Shown here: one piece after another, positions 47,833 through 58,900 of the stretch
Layout: each line of letters starts with the position of its first letter
How positions within the stretch are numbered: position 1 is the stretch's first letter
Assembly: GCA_905178155.1 (NCBI GenBank)
Contig: CAJINV010000001.1
Coordinates: 13,780,664 to 13,844,663, forward strand
From: Amoebophrya sp. A120
Lineage: Eukaryota > Protista > Dinoflagellata
Length of the DNA: 64,000 bases
Direction: 5' to 3'
The notes under the pieces: generated by a model
The model's database searches: none
What the model saw: the letters and a program-made list of their open reading frames with translations, nothing else
Told to the model about the DNA's origin: nothing
Program-made: the position numbers and the translations under genes

Positions 47833-50800
47833 ATGCCCGGCACAGCGACTACCACCGAGCTGCTGTTCTATCCGGAGGAGGATGAAAAATCCGAGAAGGA
47901 CAGAAAAGTTGGATTTTGGGAAATCGCTTCGATTGCAAGTTTCAATTTTCCCTTCGGCGCGCTCTGCGGACCCATGGGCGTCGCGATCTTGCCCCTGGAG
48001 GCCGAACGACTGGCGCCGGATATCACAGTGAAAAGTGTTAACGTTAACGAAACTTGTCATGCAGTAATGCACCACAAAACATGCCTGAATTTGTAATGCA
48101 TAGCATGCATATTGGGCTACATTTGTGATGCATGACTGCAATCTGTGAAAATTTAACAACGTCAACACTTTTTCTTGTGATACCGGAATCGTCCAGCATT
48201 ATGCTTGGCTTCATGATGGGCATAGTCGGCGTTACGCAGCTCGTATGCCCACTAGCTGGCATCCTGAGCGACATGCATCGCAGCAAAATGGGGAAGAGGC
48301 GCCCCTTTGTTTTCGGTATATTAATAGTGTTACCAATGGGTGGAAGTTCGGGTTCACCCGGCGTTTAAGTCGCGCAGATCATGTCATTCTCAGTGTTCAT
48401 TCGCGTACTTTGTCTGCTATGACAAAAATTGTTTGTGTTTCGCGATTTGATTGGTTTGGGCCCACCGTTGAAATATCTGCCTTCACCAGACGACCACTAG
48501 CTCCAAATCCTCCGGCGCTTTCAGGTGGCGGCATCGTGACGGTTGTGAGTCTGGCCGGGATGTGGTTTTGCTCGCTGGAAAAGATGAAGTACGAATTCAT
48601 TATCTGCCTCGTTGCGTCCATGACGGGACTGAACGTGGCGTACACCGCTTCCTACGGACTGGTACCGGACCTGATCCCCACCAAGGACCAGGGCATGGCC
48701 AGCGGCATCGTGGGCGGGCTCCAGCTGTTCGGCAGCCTGACCGGGTTCATCTTCCTGATCGTCACCTACAGCTACGACTACCACATAAATTACCTCCTCT
48801 ACGCCATCTACCTGGTCATGTCGCTCCTCCTGATCGCCGTCGTCGCACAGGAAGAGGACACCAGCAACTTGATTCGCCCGCCCTTCAGTTGGCGGCAGGT
48901 GCTAAGCTCCTATACCATCGACTGCTCCGAGAGTTACGACTTTCTCTGGGTCTTCGTCGGGCGGACGTTTTACTACGTGGGCATTTCCTGCCAGAGCTTC
49001 GTGCTGTTCTTCGTCCGCGACGTGATCAACGTGGAGGAGGTGAGTGCGCAAAAGTACCACGTGGGCGCGATGGCGCTGCTGGCGCAGCTGGTCGGCGGTG
49101 TGGTCGCCGTGCACGCGGGGAAGCTATCGGACAACAAGTATTACAATGAAAAATGTCCCCACACCCGAACTTGGGAGCATTTGTATTGCAAACCTTTCCA
49201 AATGAAACATTCGCTCTGTTGCATCTATCAGCATCACAGGTTTCCAATCGTGAATAGCAAAAATTTGTATTGCAAAAGACCCCAGCAAGAGCGGCGCTTG
49301 TCATGCAAGCGATGCGATACACGAACACGCCTAGACTCTGCATCAGAAAGATTCATACTCCTTTCATGCATGACAAAAAGTTTTCATTTAGAAACTTCGC
49401 ATCACAAATTTTTGCATCACAAATTTTTGCAATTTCAGGGGTGGGGGGCACTTTTCACTGTAATAGCAAGTATTTCGGCCGCAAACGCTTGGTGTACGCC
49501 GCCTGCACCATCATGGCCTGCGTGTACGTGCTGTGGATGGCCACCCCGTGGATCTTCCGGAACGAGATCCGGTTTTACCTGAATCACCTGGATTTCGACC
49601 AGTACTTTAAGAAATTTTTGCCCAAACGGGCAAGACAGTACTTGACACAGGACTACGTGTACGGGAGCAGCGGTAGCGCGGAAGACGCGAGCGGGCCACT
49701 GGAGGGCAGTATGGCGCACGCCAGCATGTCCTACAAGAATTACAATGCCGCTGCAGTAGATGGAGGTGGGGAGGATGATGTGATTGGCCTGGGAAGGACG
49801 GAAAATGGAGGAGAAGACGGAAAAGCAGCCTCCTCGTCAAGCAGAGAAAGGAGGAGAGACTTGGCCGCTAAAACGTCCGCGAAAAATAATGAATCCCGAC
49901 CGCGCAACGAGTGGCTCGGGCAGGGGGAAAAGCTGCTGCGGCCATACGATAAGGACGCTTCATCGGTTGTCGAGAAGCAAGGACCAATAGCAAGCTTTTG
50001 GAGTGATGTGGCAGCCTCCTTCTCCACAGGTAATGCAAGAAAGAACAGCAGTAGAAGAAAAAGAAGAAAGCTCGACGTCGAGAAGACAACTGAAAAAGAA
50101 ACCCGTGATAAGGAAAGCAGTCCAGAGGAAGCGCAGGAAGAGTCCGAGTTTTCAGCGCTGAATATGGCACCAACGTCCTACCGCAACACCTTGCCTGCCG
50201 CTAGCGGCGCCGCCGCCGCTGCATTGGTATAGTGGAGTCTTTCAGGTTTGGTGAATAACAAAATGCTGCGAATTTGGAGATCATCGAATTTCCAGAAATC
50301 TCAATCTTCTGGATAAAATAAAAGTACCTACGTGAGATACGTACTTCGCTCGTACGCTTTTCTCGCATCAGACGAGCACTGTTTATTGCAAACTCGAGGA
50401 TGAGGCTGAGGACTTGTTAAATCACTCGAAATCATAAAAAAACTGCATCAGGCCGAGGCAAGCGTGGACAGCAGCAATACCAACACCGCACCAACGGACC
50501 CGGAAACAACTACGGTCAGCACGACCGTGCAGGATGACGTGGAGGACAGCCCGGAGTGGGGCGTGTTTAACCTCCCCGGGAACAGTCGCACGACCCAGGG
50601 GATGGAGCTGATGTTTCTCTATATCCTGAGTGAAAACGTCCCCACACCAGAGTTGTAATGCAGATTTGCAAGCACAGGAGCACATCCCCATGAGAGGCAT
50701 TTCCCATCGTGTTTTGGAACTTGTAATGTTGCAAACAGGATGAGGAGATGGATTTGTTATGCGGCTTCCCTTGCTAAGCTGCACTACAGTACAGCATGCA

Positions 50801-52304
50801 ACTTGTCATGCGTGACCCCCAAAACTTCAAGGTTTGTGTTGCAAAATCCCCATCTTGACTCTGGTGTGGGGACGTTTTTAAATATGATACTCTACGGCTG
50901 CATGGCGGTTTACGGTGTGGGCAACGGGGCCTACCTAGCCGTCGACCTCGCGCTTGCTTTGGACTGCCTGCCCGATCCGGAGACCTCGGCGCAATCGCTC
51001 GGCATCTGGGGCGTGTCCGCCTTTCTGGGTCTCGCGATCGGGCCGCTATTGTGGGGGTAAGTCGCTGATGTTGTGCTGCGCAAAGTGATCTATCGATCGC
51101 CGGAAATTTTCACCGTGACCGGGCTAGCGCGGGCACTTTTTGGGAATCGCGGCGCGGTGGTGAAATCACAAGCGCCCTGCGTTTCCCCGAGCTAATGCTC
51201 GCCGAAGGCCTTACCGAAAATGACACATCTTTGCAAAAAAAGCAGCCGGAGACTTTCTCCGTGACCGGGCTAACGCGGGCACTTTTTTGGAATGGCAGCG
51301 CGCTGGTGAAATCACAGGCGCTTTGCGCTTCCCCGAGCTGTTTCGTGCCAAAAGCCCTACCCGGGAAGGCGTTTTTTTTCAAAAAAAGCAGCCGGAAATT
51401 TTCTCCGTGACCGGGCTGACGCGGGCACTTTTTTGGAATGGCGGCGCGCTGGTGAAATCACAGGCGCTTTGCGCTTCCCCGAGCTGTTTCTTGCCAGAAG
51501 CCCTACCCGGGAAGGCGTTTTTTTTCAAAAAAAGCAGCCGGGAATTTTCTCCGTGACCGGGCTAACGCGGGCACTTTTTTGGAATGGCGGCGCGCTGGTA
51601 AAATCACAGGCGCTTTGCGCTTCCCCGAGCTGTTTCTTGCCAAAAGCCATACCCGGGAAGGCGTTTTTTTTCAAAAAAAGCAGCCGGAAATTTTCTCCGT
51701 GACCGGGCTAACGCGGGCACTTTTTTGGAATGGCAGCGCGCTGGTGAAATCACAGGCGCTTTGCGCTTCCCCGAGCTGTTTCTTGCCAAAAGCCGTACCC
51801 GCGAAGGCGTTTTTTTTCAAAAAAAGCAGCCGGGAATTTTCTCCGTGACCGGGCTAGCGCGGGCACTTTTTTGGAATGGCAGCGCGCTGGTTAAATCACA
51901 GGCGCTTTGCGCCTCCTCGGGCTGTTGCTTGCCAAAAGCCGTACCCGGGAAGGCGTTTTTTTTCAAAAAAAAGTGCCGGAAATTTTCACCGTGACCGACC
52001 TAAGGCAGTCACTTTTGAAAAATGGATCCTCAAATGGGCTTTCTTTGTGTTTTGCAGAAGAGACAGGGTATTGAGCAAAAGACAACGTCGAACGAAAACG
52101 AAAACGGCAGTTGTGATGTTTCAGTTACTGCATGCAAAAAAATTCCAATCTACCTCCAGGTCCGCGCTGGAACTCTCCGGTGGCGAAACTATTGGGGATG
52201 TGCGGGTCTACCCCTACACGGGCTACGCCTATATGCTGCTTGGCGGTTGTGTGTTTTGCTTCCTCTCTGGTGCCGTGGTGCGAAAAATCAAGAAAAGCAC
52301 GTAA
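47833..52304 (+). CDS. MFS transporter (GPH/SLC45 sucrose-symporter-like); 7 exons, 3 GT-AG introns and 3 TIR-element introns
   Basis: Motifs PLAGILSDMHRSKMGKRRPF, GLVPDLIP..DQGMASG, AGKLSD..YFGRKRL and YGVGNGAYLAVDLALALDCLP. GT-AG introns 48316-48524, 50227-50451 and 51057-52159; elements E4, E5 and E6. Confidence 0.85.
48021..48182. mobile_element. TIR element / non-canonical intron E4 (family C), 162 bp, TSD CCGGA
   Basis: Left TATCACAGTGAAAAGTGTTAACGTT; rev-comp of right TATCACAAGAAAAAGTGTTGACGTT. CCGGA at 48016-48020 and 48183-48187. Removal gives ERLAPESSSIMLG. Confidence 0.9.
49139..49465. mobile_element. TIR element / non-canonical intron E5 (family D), 327 bp, TSD ACAAG/GCAAG
   Basis: Left TATTACAATGAAAAATGTCCCCACACC; rev-comp of right TATTACAGTGAAAAGTGCCCCCCACCCC. 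Flanks 49134-49138 and 49466-49470 differ at one base. Removal gives GKLSD(N/S)KYFGRKRL. Confidence 0.88.
50622..50889. mobile_element. TIR element / non-canonical intron E6 (family D), 268 bp, TSD CTCTA
   Basis: Left TATCCTGAGTGAAAACGTCCCCACACCAGAGT; rev-comp of right TATCATATTTAAAAACGTCCCCACACCAGAGT. CTCTA at 50617-50621 and 50890-50894. Removal gives ELMFLYGCMAVYG. Confidence 0.9.
51101..51997. repeat. 146-bp tandem array (~6 units) inside a GT-AG intron of the MFS gene
   Basis: Unit ...CCGTGACCGGGCTAACGCGGGCACTTTTTTGGAATGG...AAATCACAGGCGCTTTGCGC...; near-identical ORFs recur at 51287, 51433, 51579 and 51725 (period 146). Confidence 0.95.
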
Positions 52305-53051
52305 GTAGATCAGAAAGGGATGGCGCACACGCGGGAAAGCCGATGTGAAAAATACTGACGCAGATGTTGCTTTGACCTGTGCTGCTACAATGAAATACGC
52401 TTTTTCTGGGTGTGATTCTCATTCATTGTATACGAAAACTGACCAACGAGTAGTGACTCGCTGTGAAGTAAGTTGTGCAGACTCAAACCACCGTCATCTC
52501 CATGTTTTGCACGCGACTCCTTTCAGCCGTCCTCCTACAACCACAAATGTTGTTTAAGCTCTCACTCGTTCATCTCTTGCAGAATTCATTGTGCATCGTT
52601 TTTCTTTGGTGCTTCACGTTTCCTGTGGGTCGTTTGTCTGCGTCTGAGTTAATTTCACTTCACTTTCAGATCATCTTCATGTTCATCGTCATTTTCATCG
52701 GCAATAAAAGAGATCAGGCGTACCGCGCACGGTGTTTCAAAAATCAAGGTGATCTCTTTTGTTTTTCGATGTAGCTCGCCGACGGAAAAGAAAGATCCTG
52801 CTGTCAGTTTTTTGGTGACTAAAGACCTTTTCCGTTGGTAGAACGACGAAGCAAGCGGCAGGAAAAGTGAACTTCTATCGGCCTTCTGTTTTGCGTTTTG
52901 TCCCTGCTTCCTTTGGGTGAAAGGTTTCGTTTTCAACTGTGTTGCAGAACCTGCAACGCCGGCCCAGGCTGACGCAATCGTCCCAGTGCTCGACGCTGCG
53001 AGTGGACCTTGTGCATCAGCGTATCAATAAGCACTATAGCCGACGACAAAG

Positions 53052-55801
53052 ATGAGCTCTACTGCGTCGCGTCACTGGTTTGTCTACGCGTTCGTTTTGC
53101 TTCCGCTGACGTATCTACTGTTTGACGCCGAGCGGTTGCAGAGTTGGAATTTGTCGAAACTCTCCCTTGAGGAAGGCCTGGTCGACTTTTCCTGGGCCCA
53201 TTTTTCCCTGCGAAGACCAGAATCCCAACCACCTCCGGACCATGTGCCACCTCTGGAATCGCGTGATGGGGATCATCCGCAGCTCGGCCAGGCAGCCGAG
53301 GAAGCGGGTTCCGCGAGAAGCGTAATCCGAACGAAGCCGCTACCGGTATTGGGGAACGACGGTGAAGTCGCTGCTGCGGCGAAGGGACGACAAATATCCC
53401 TGACGCCACTTGCGAGTGTGGACGCGGGCGACGACGACTCTTCTGCAACAGAGTTTGAACCATCAGAAGCAATAGGTAAAACAGAGACGAGTAGGAGCGT
53501 AGGACCGAGGAACCCACTGTCTTTCACGGGGCTGCACTTTGATGATGGCCCATATCAGCACCAGAACCGACCCGCCGAATCCGCTGCATCGCGAGATAAC
53601 TACTGCAAGTTGCTGGCGCAGGCGAGCACCTATGGCTTGATCGACTTCTCCATCTTCGATTCGGACTACTGTTCGAAGCCAGATCCGTCCGCAAGCGCCA
53701 ATGCCATGATCGACACAAACAGTATCGACTGCACCCGTCTCATGGAATTTCTTTACCTCACGCGCGGCAGCACGAAGAAACAAATCCTTCACGAAAAGGA
53801 GCTGCTGAAGCGGGTAATTTTTTGAAGCATTCGTTTGAAGAGCTTACGCTGAGGACAAACTAAAAATATGAGATCGCAAGAATTGCAGCAAGAACTACAA
53901 TGTTGAGATGAAAGACAACCGCATGTTGATCGAAACGCCGCCAACGACCTTTTTCAGGATGCCTCCGATCCCGAATCGGGCTACCCAGTAGTGATGTACG
54001 TCAATCGAGTGGGCATGTTTGTCACCGCCCACGCACACATTGTGGGCGCGATCATTTCGCAGCGAGACGAATGCTTCTCCGAGCAAGTGCGCTTGCTCTT
54101 CGTCGTCAACTTGCGCAGGTAAGAACTGGCCTGGTATTGGGAGGCTGGCATTTTTTGGACGTCAATTATGTGACGAGGATGGACGAATTTGACATGCATA
54201 AACACAGCAGCGAAACACACCTCGTTTGCGTTTGGAAAAAGATTCTGCTTCAATTTCTTGTCAGGTTCAAAACCCTAGTGTCGGAGCAGTTTCGCATCGT
54301 GTGGCTGGCCTACCAAGGTGTGGACAAGGAAGGTTACTGCATGACAGAAAAGTGCACCAAGCGCGCCGCGACCTTCCCGGAGGTTGTTGAGAACTGGACG
54401 ACGAGGGTCACGAAGCTTTTGGATAGCGACTTGAAAACCTTCAAGTCAGTGTTGGAAACCTGGCGGCCACCTCTCCCCGAAGAAGCGCACTTCTACTCGC
54501 ACGAGACTGATGGACGGTGAGATAAGGGAAATTGCACACTGTCATGTGGCCTTCTGATCGTTGCTTTACAATGCTCTAGGTCGGCAATAGCCATGATCAT
54601 GAATGGTTGTTGATTGAAAATGATTATCGTGTCCTTGGCTGCGGAATTTTTTATACATGCTACTGCTCCAGGTTCACCACCCTTGAGATGCTCCGTCGTG
54701 CGACCTTCAACGAATGGTTTGTGGATACAGGCATGCTCCGGGCGGCTCTGCGGAGCGGCGTCTTTCCCGTTGGTTCCACGGTGGCGGACCTCGGCGCCGG
54801 GACGGGAGAGTACGCACGCTGGCTGAACGATACCGGGTTGGTGGACGCGTTTTCCTTCGACGGCAGCGCAGACATCGAGTTGCTCACGAAAAAGAAAGTC
54901 AAGCACTTGAACTTGGTACGAATTGCCGCAGCTTTGCGTTGCTCTCAAGATTATTTCTTCGCGTTGTACACGAGAGAAGGGAGGCCACATTTTATGCAGT
55001 TATACGTGTTAAAAATCGTAATGACGCACACACTGCGTCGAAACTGAATGCAACTGTTTTATTTGCCAGGTTACCTCCATCCGCCGTCCGCTGAAGCACA
55101 ACTGGGTTCTCCTTCTGGAAATCTGCGAGCACATCCCGGCGGAGTTGCACCCTATCTTCTTCCAGAATGTCGGCGGTTTTGCTGGCGACGGAATTGTGCT
55201 CAGTTGGGCGCCCCCACAGGTGCCCAACATCGGACACACCAACCCGCTCCCGGAGCAGGACGTGCGGCAGGTCCTGCAAAAGTTCTTGCCACTCTTCTCC
55301 GTGGATCAGGAGGCTACGCAGCTCTTACGGGCGCACAGTCAAGTTGGTAAAAATGCGATAAAGACATAGCCTGAAGATCTTCTACGACTTTGTAGCAGGG
55401 GTTAGGGTATGAGTTTGTTGCCACCGCTATCATGATAGTCTTTTGTTTGTTGCAAGAGTGAGAAAAGTCACACAACACCCTGCTAATCAGGTTGGCTGAA
55501 AAACACCCTAACTGTTCTTCGCCGGTATCCGGAGAACCTGCTGGCAGGGCTGGAGCCGACTTGTTATGCGGAGGAGCATGTAATGTTCGCCGGCGAGGAC
55601 GATGCCGTGCTGGAACAGACCGACGCGCCGCAGACCTGCTGCGACGCTTGCCGGCAGAATCCCGACTGCCGCTACTGGGTCTGGTCGCACTCCCAGAAAA
55701 CCTGCTGGCTCAAACGCACGAAGGTGTACCAAACAGAGGAAAAGGGCTTTCTCAGTGGGACCAAAGACCCGCAGGCTGGCGGGAACGCAGGAGACTTGTG
55801 A
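53052..55801 (+). CDS. Membrane-anchored/secretory class I SAM-dependent methyltransferase with C-terminal PAN/apple-like domain, 6 exons
   Basis: N-terminal hydrophobic anchor WFVYAFVLLPLTYLLF; motif I VADLGAGTG; LLLEICEHIP; C-terminal CCDACRQNPDCRYWVWSHSQKTCWLK. GT-AG introns 53814-53957, 54119-54264, 54517-54671, 54916-55069 and 55347-55490. Confidence 0.75.
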
Positions 55802-56400
55802 AGAAAGACTGTTATGTGGACGAAGGTAAAGTAGAGCTAGCACGTGGCTCCTGCTCTCACGAATGCTATCATAAAGAACAGAAAGAATATCTCGCTCTAG
55901 AGTTCTTGCACAACGACATAGTACGAGATTGAAGTGAAAGCAAACAAGTGACGAAGATGTCCGTCTTCCATGGGTTCCCTCGTGCGATGGAATTTTCCGC
56001 GAATCCTTGGGCTGTTCCACCGTGGCCACACACGACAGTAAGGAGAGAAGAGCGCCTGCCTCTTGAGGAATTCCAGCGGATATGCAGAGTGAACAAGACT
56101 ACAACTCCAGGCCACTCTAAGAGCAAATCTTACGAGTAGACTCAGCCACCTGAAAGAATCGACGCTTTTCATGAAAACTTAAACTAAGTACATGAACCAA
56201 AGACAACAAAGCCCGAGCTATCTGCATGCGAGGAGCGACTTCAATTGAAGCGCTCGAAGAGGACGCATGAGGATATTCCTCCCCTGCGGAGGGAGTCCCC
56301 GCGCTCCTGTGCATCAAGCACGCTGCTTCGCAAAATGAAGGCTGCACCTAGAACCACAAAGATGGCACACCAGCAAAGATTCCGGCCACGGCCAGGAGCA

Positions 56401-58900
56401 ATGCAGCGATCGCGCTCGACGCTCTTCGCCACCCTGGCCCTCGGCTCACCATTCATCTTTCCGGTTCTTCAACTTCCCCACTTTGTCCGCGCGCAGTCCC
56501 GATTCGCGATCGATCTCGGGGATGTCGACCCGAAGAAGCCGCCCGAGGAGGCCTCGGCGTTTTTCAACCCGACGACACAGCAGCTGCAGGTGCAGGCCGG
56601 CGAGGCGCACGACGTCGCCCCCTGGGCGCACGCAAGCTTCAAGGATTCCCTGGAGAAAACCGGGTGGACCGAACTACGGGTAAAGACCTCCACGGACGGC
56701 GGAATCCCCGCAGACCTGAAGATGTACGCGGCCGGGGTGCTGGAGGGACTGCTGTCCGCCGTGCGGATCTCGCAGTTCTTCAGCAACGCGCTGCGGACCA
56801 TCATCCGCACGGAGGACGGCGGGAAGGCGCTGAAGAACGTGATGAACATGCTGCAGGACGCGAACCTGTTCGTGCAGAAGAAGACGAACTTCCTGCCGGG
56901 GAAGGACGCGCCGCCCAGTCCGGACCCCTACTGGAAGCAGGTCCGCTACGTCTACGCGCAGGTTCGGGGCTTGCGGGACGGGTACAACCTGGCGGCGGCG
57001 GCCCACGGCGTCAAGGAACTGTCCATGGCGGAACTGTTGCTGCTCAATAGCCACGGCGAGCTGGGCGAGCTGCTAGAGGCCTACAGTCCGAATCGTGCCA
57101 TCGCCCGGAGGCGCTTTCAAGCCGCGACTGCGGTCTTCTTGCAGGAGAAGGCGACGGGGGATGCGGTGGAGATGCGCGACGCGAATCAAAAACGGGCATT
57201 TCTCGCGACATCCTCGAAGGAGCGGCAACAATCTGATGAATCTAGCGCCTCAAGGAGCAGTAGTACAAGAAGCGTGCAGCAATACGACGCCAAGGAGTTT
57301 CCTTTTCTCGCAGCTATTGCGGAACATGAACGGGAGCGGGCTGCGAAGAGTTCCGCCGGTTTTTCGCCGCTAGTGCACGATGTTGAGGAAAGTTCGTTCC
57401 TCTCATCATCTTCTGCTCCCTCTACCAGGTCAACAACTACTACATCGTCAACTAAAGACGCCGCCTCGACCGCCGCCCTTGCCGACAAGTTCTGGGAGCG
57501 CAAACTGGCCCGCACCGGGCACTGCAGCGCGCTGGTGCGCATTACCCCGGACAACAAGGATCTGTTGGTCGGACACACCTATCAGCTGCAAATATGTCTG
57601 GGTCTGGAAGAGTGCCAGCCTTGTCATGCAGGTTTTCCATGACCCATGAGGTCTAGCATGTAGGACATACCATGACAGATTCTATGAGAGTTCTATCATG
57701 CCTATCCTGCGTGAGAAACTGCCTCGCGATTAGGTCAAAAGTGGACCGCTTTTGGCAATCATGCAACACAGATCGTATACATGAATCAGATTTAGCATGG
57801 CAAGTTGCTTTGTTCCAGACCCAGACACTTTTGCATTTGATAACACCACGTGGGACGACTACGCGAAGATGACCCGCGTGTTCAAGTACTACGACTTCCC
57901 CTTGGACCGGTGGACGGCCTCGTCCGTCGTGGGCATGAGCTCCTACCCGGGGTGCGTCTCCTCCACCGACGAATTTTACCTGCTGTCGGCCGGGATCGTG
58001 CTCGGGGACACCAGCCTGGAGGTGCTGAACGCCGAGGTGTACGACCGCATCCCCGAGGGGCCCAAGCTGCCCAGCTTTTTCCACGTCATGGCCGCCAACC
58101 GCATGGCGCGGACCGCGGGGCACTGGGCGGCGCTGCTCACGGAAAACAACAACGGGCTGAAGAACGCGCAGTGGTTCGCCGTGGACTACAACCGCTTCGT
58201 GCCCAAGGCGGACGTGCCCACGAACCTGCTGTGGGTGGTGGAAACCATGCCGGGGCTCAGCGAGAAGAAGGATCTGTCCTCCCGCCTGATGGACGCCGGG
58301 GAGGTGGCGGACGGGACCGCCAGCAGCAGTTCCGCGTCGCAGGGCCAGTACTTTGCGTCGTTCAACCGCCCGATTTTCCCGGAGATCCGCCAGCGCCTGG
58401 GCCACCAGGACGCGGAAAATTCCTACGGGATTCTGTACTCCGCGGACCGCAACCCGCGGGCGCAGATTTTCGCCAACTGGGTCACGCAGGTGGAGACGCT
58501 CCGCGACATGCGCATGCTGCTGCGCGAAAACAACTACCCGAACGAGAAGTTTTTGGGGCAGGGGGCGGCCACCTGGTCGCTGCACCCCGGGCACGCGATC
58601 GCCGCGCGGCTGGACCTGGATCCGGGTTTGCTCAACCCAAATGGTGCGATTGACGCCAAGGCCGTCAACTACTGCTTGGTACAAAAAATGCAGATGCAGG
58701 TGATCTCCGGCCCGAGCCACGTCAAGCAGCCGGTGTTTGCCTGGAGCCAGGGAAGTGCCTTCCCGGGGTGGCCGCATTTAGGGCTGCCGGACAAATACGA
58801 TTTTCACTGGCGGCAAGTGTCCATCGCGGGGGATAAGGAGGACGAGCTGCACGACTTCGATGACAGTCAAAGTAAGTGTAGCCCTCGCGCGCCAGTGTAA
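56401..58900 (+). CDS. Phospholipase B-like Ntn-hydrolase (PLBD family), interrupted by TIR element E7; start may be 56335 or 56362
   Basis: Signal-peptide-like N-terminus; motifs TGWTELRV, YAAGVLEG, HCSALVRI, DLLVGHT|TWDDY (joined across E7), MSSYPG..SSTDEFY, YFASFNRP, PRAQIF and GAIDAK. Confidence 0.9.
57580..57842. mobile_element. TIR element / non-canonical intron E7 (family A), 263 bp, TSD ACACC
   Basis: TATCAGCTGCAAATATGTCTGGGTCTGGAA ... TTCCAGACCCAGACACTTTTGCATTTGATA; ACACC at 57575-57579 and 57843-57847. Confidence 0.93.

Noticed and set aside
51101-51997. Regular repeats as a CRISPR array, or the repeated 89-aa ORFs as genes
   Set aside because: Units are contiguous with no unique spacers, there are no cas genes, the context is eukaryotic, and the array lies inside a GT-AG intron.
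57579-57846. One E7 register gives CT...AC, i.e. GT-AG on the minus strand
   Set aside because: The host gene is on the + strand and the other six elements lack this pattern, so it is a coincidence of the TSD sequence.
18435-58777. Long minus-strand ORFs (e.g. 18435-19208, 28089-28967, 34611-35369, 57653-58777)
   Set aside because: They are antisense shadows of GC3-rich + strand exons that have recognisable products.
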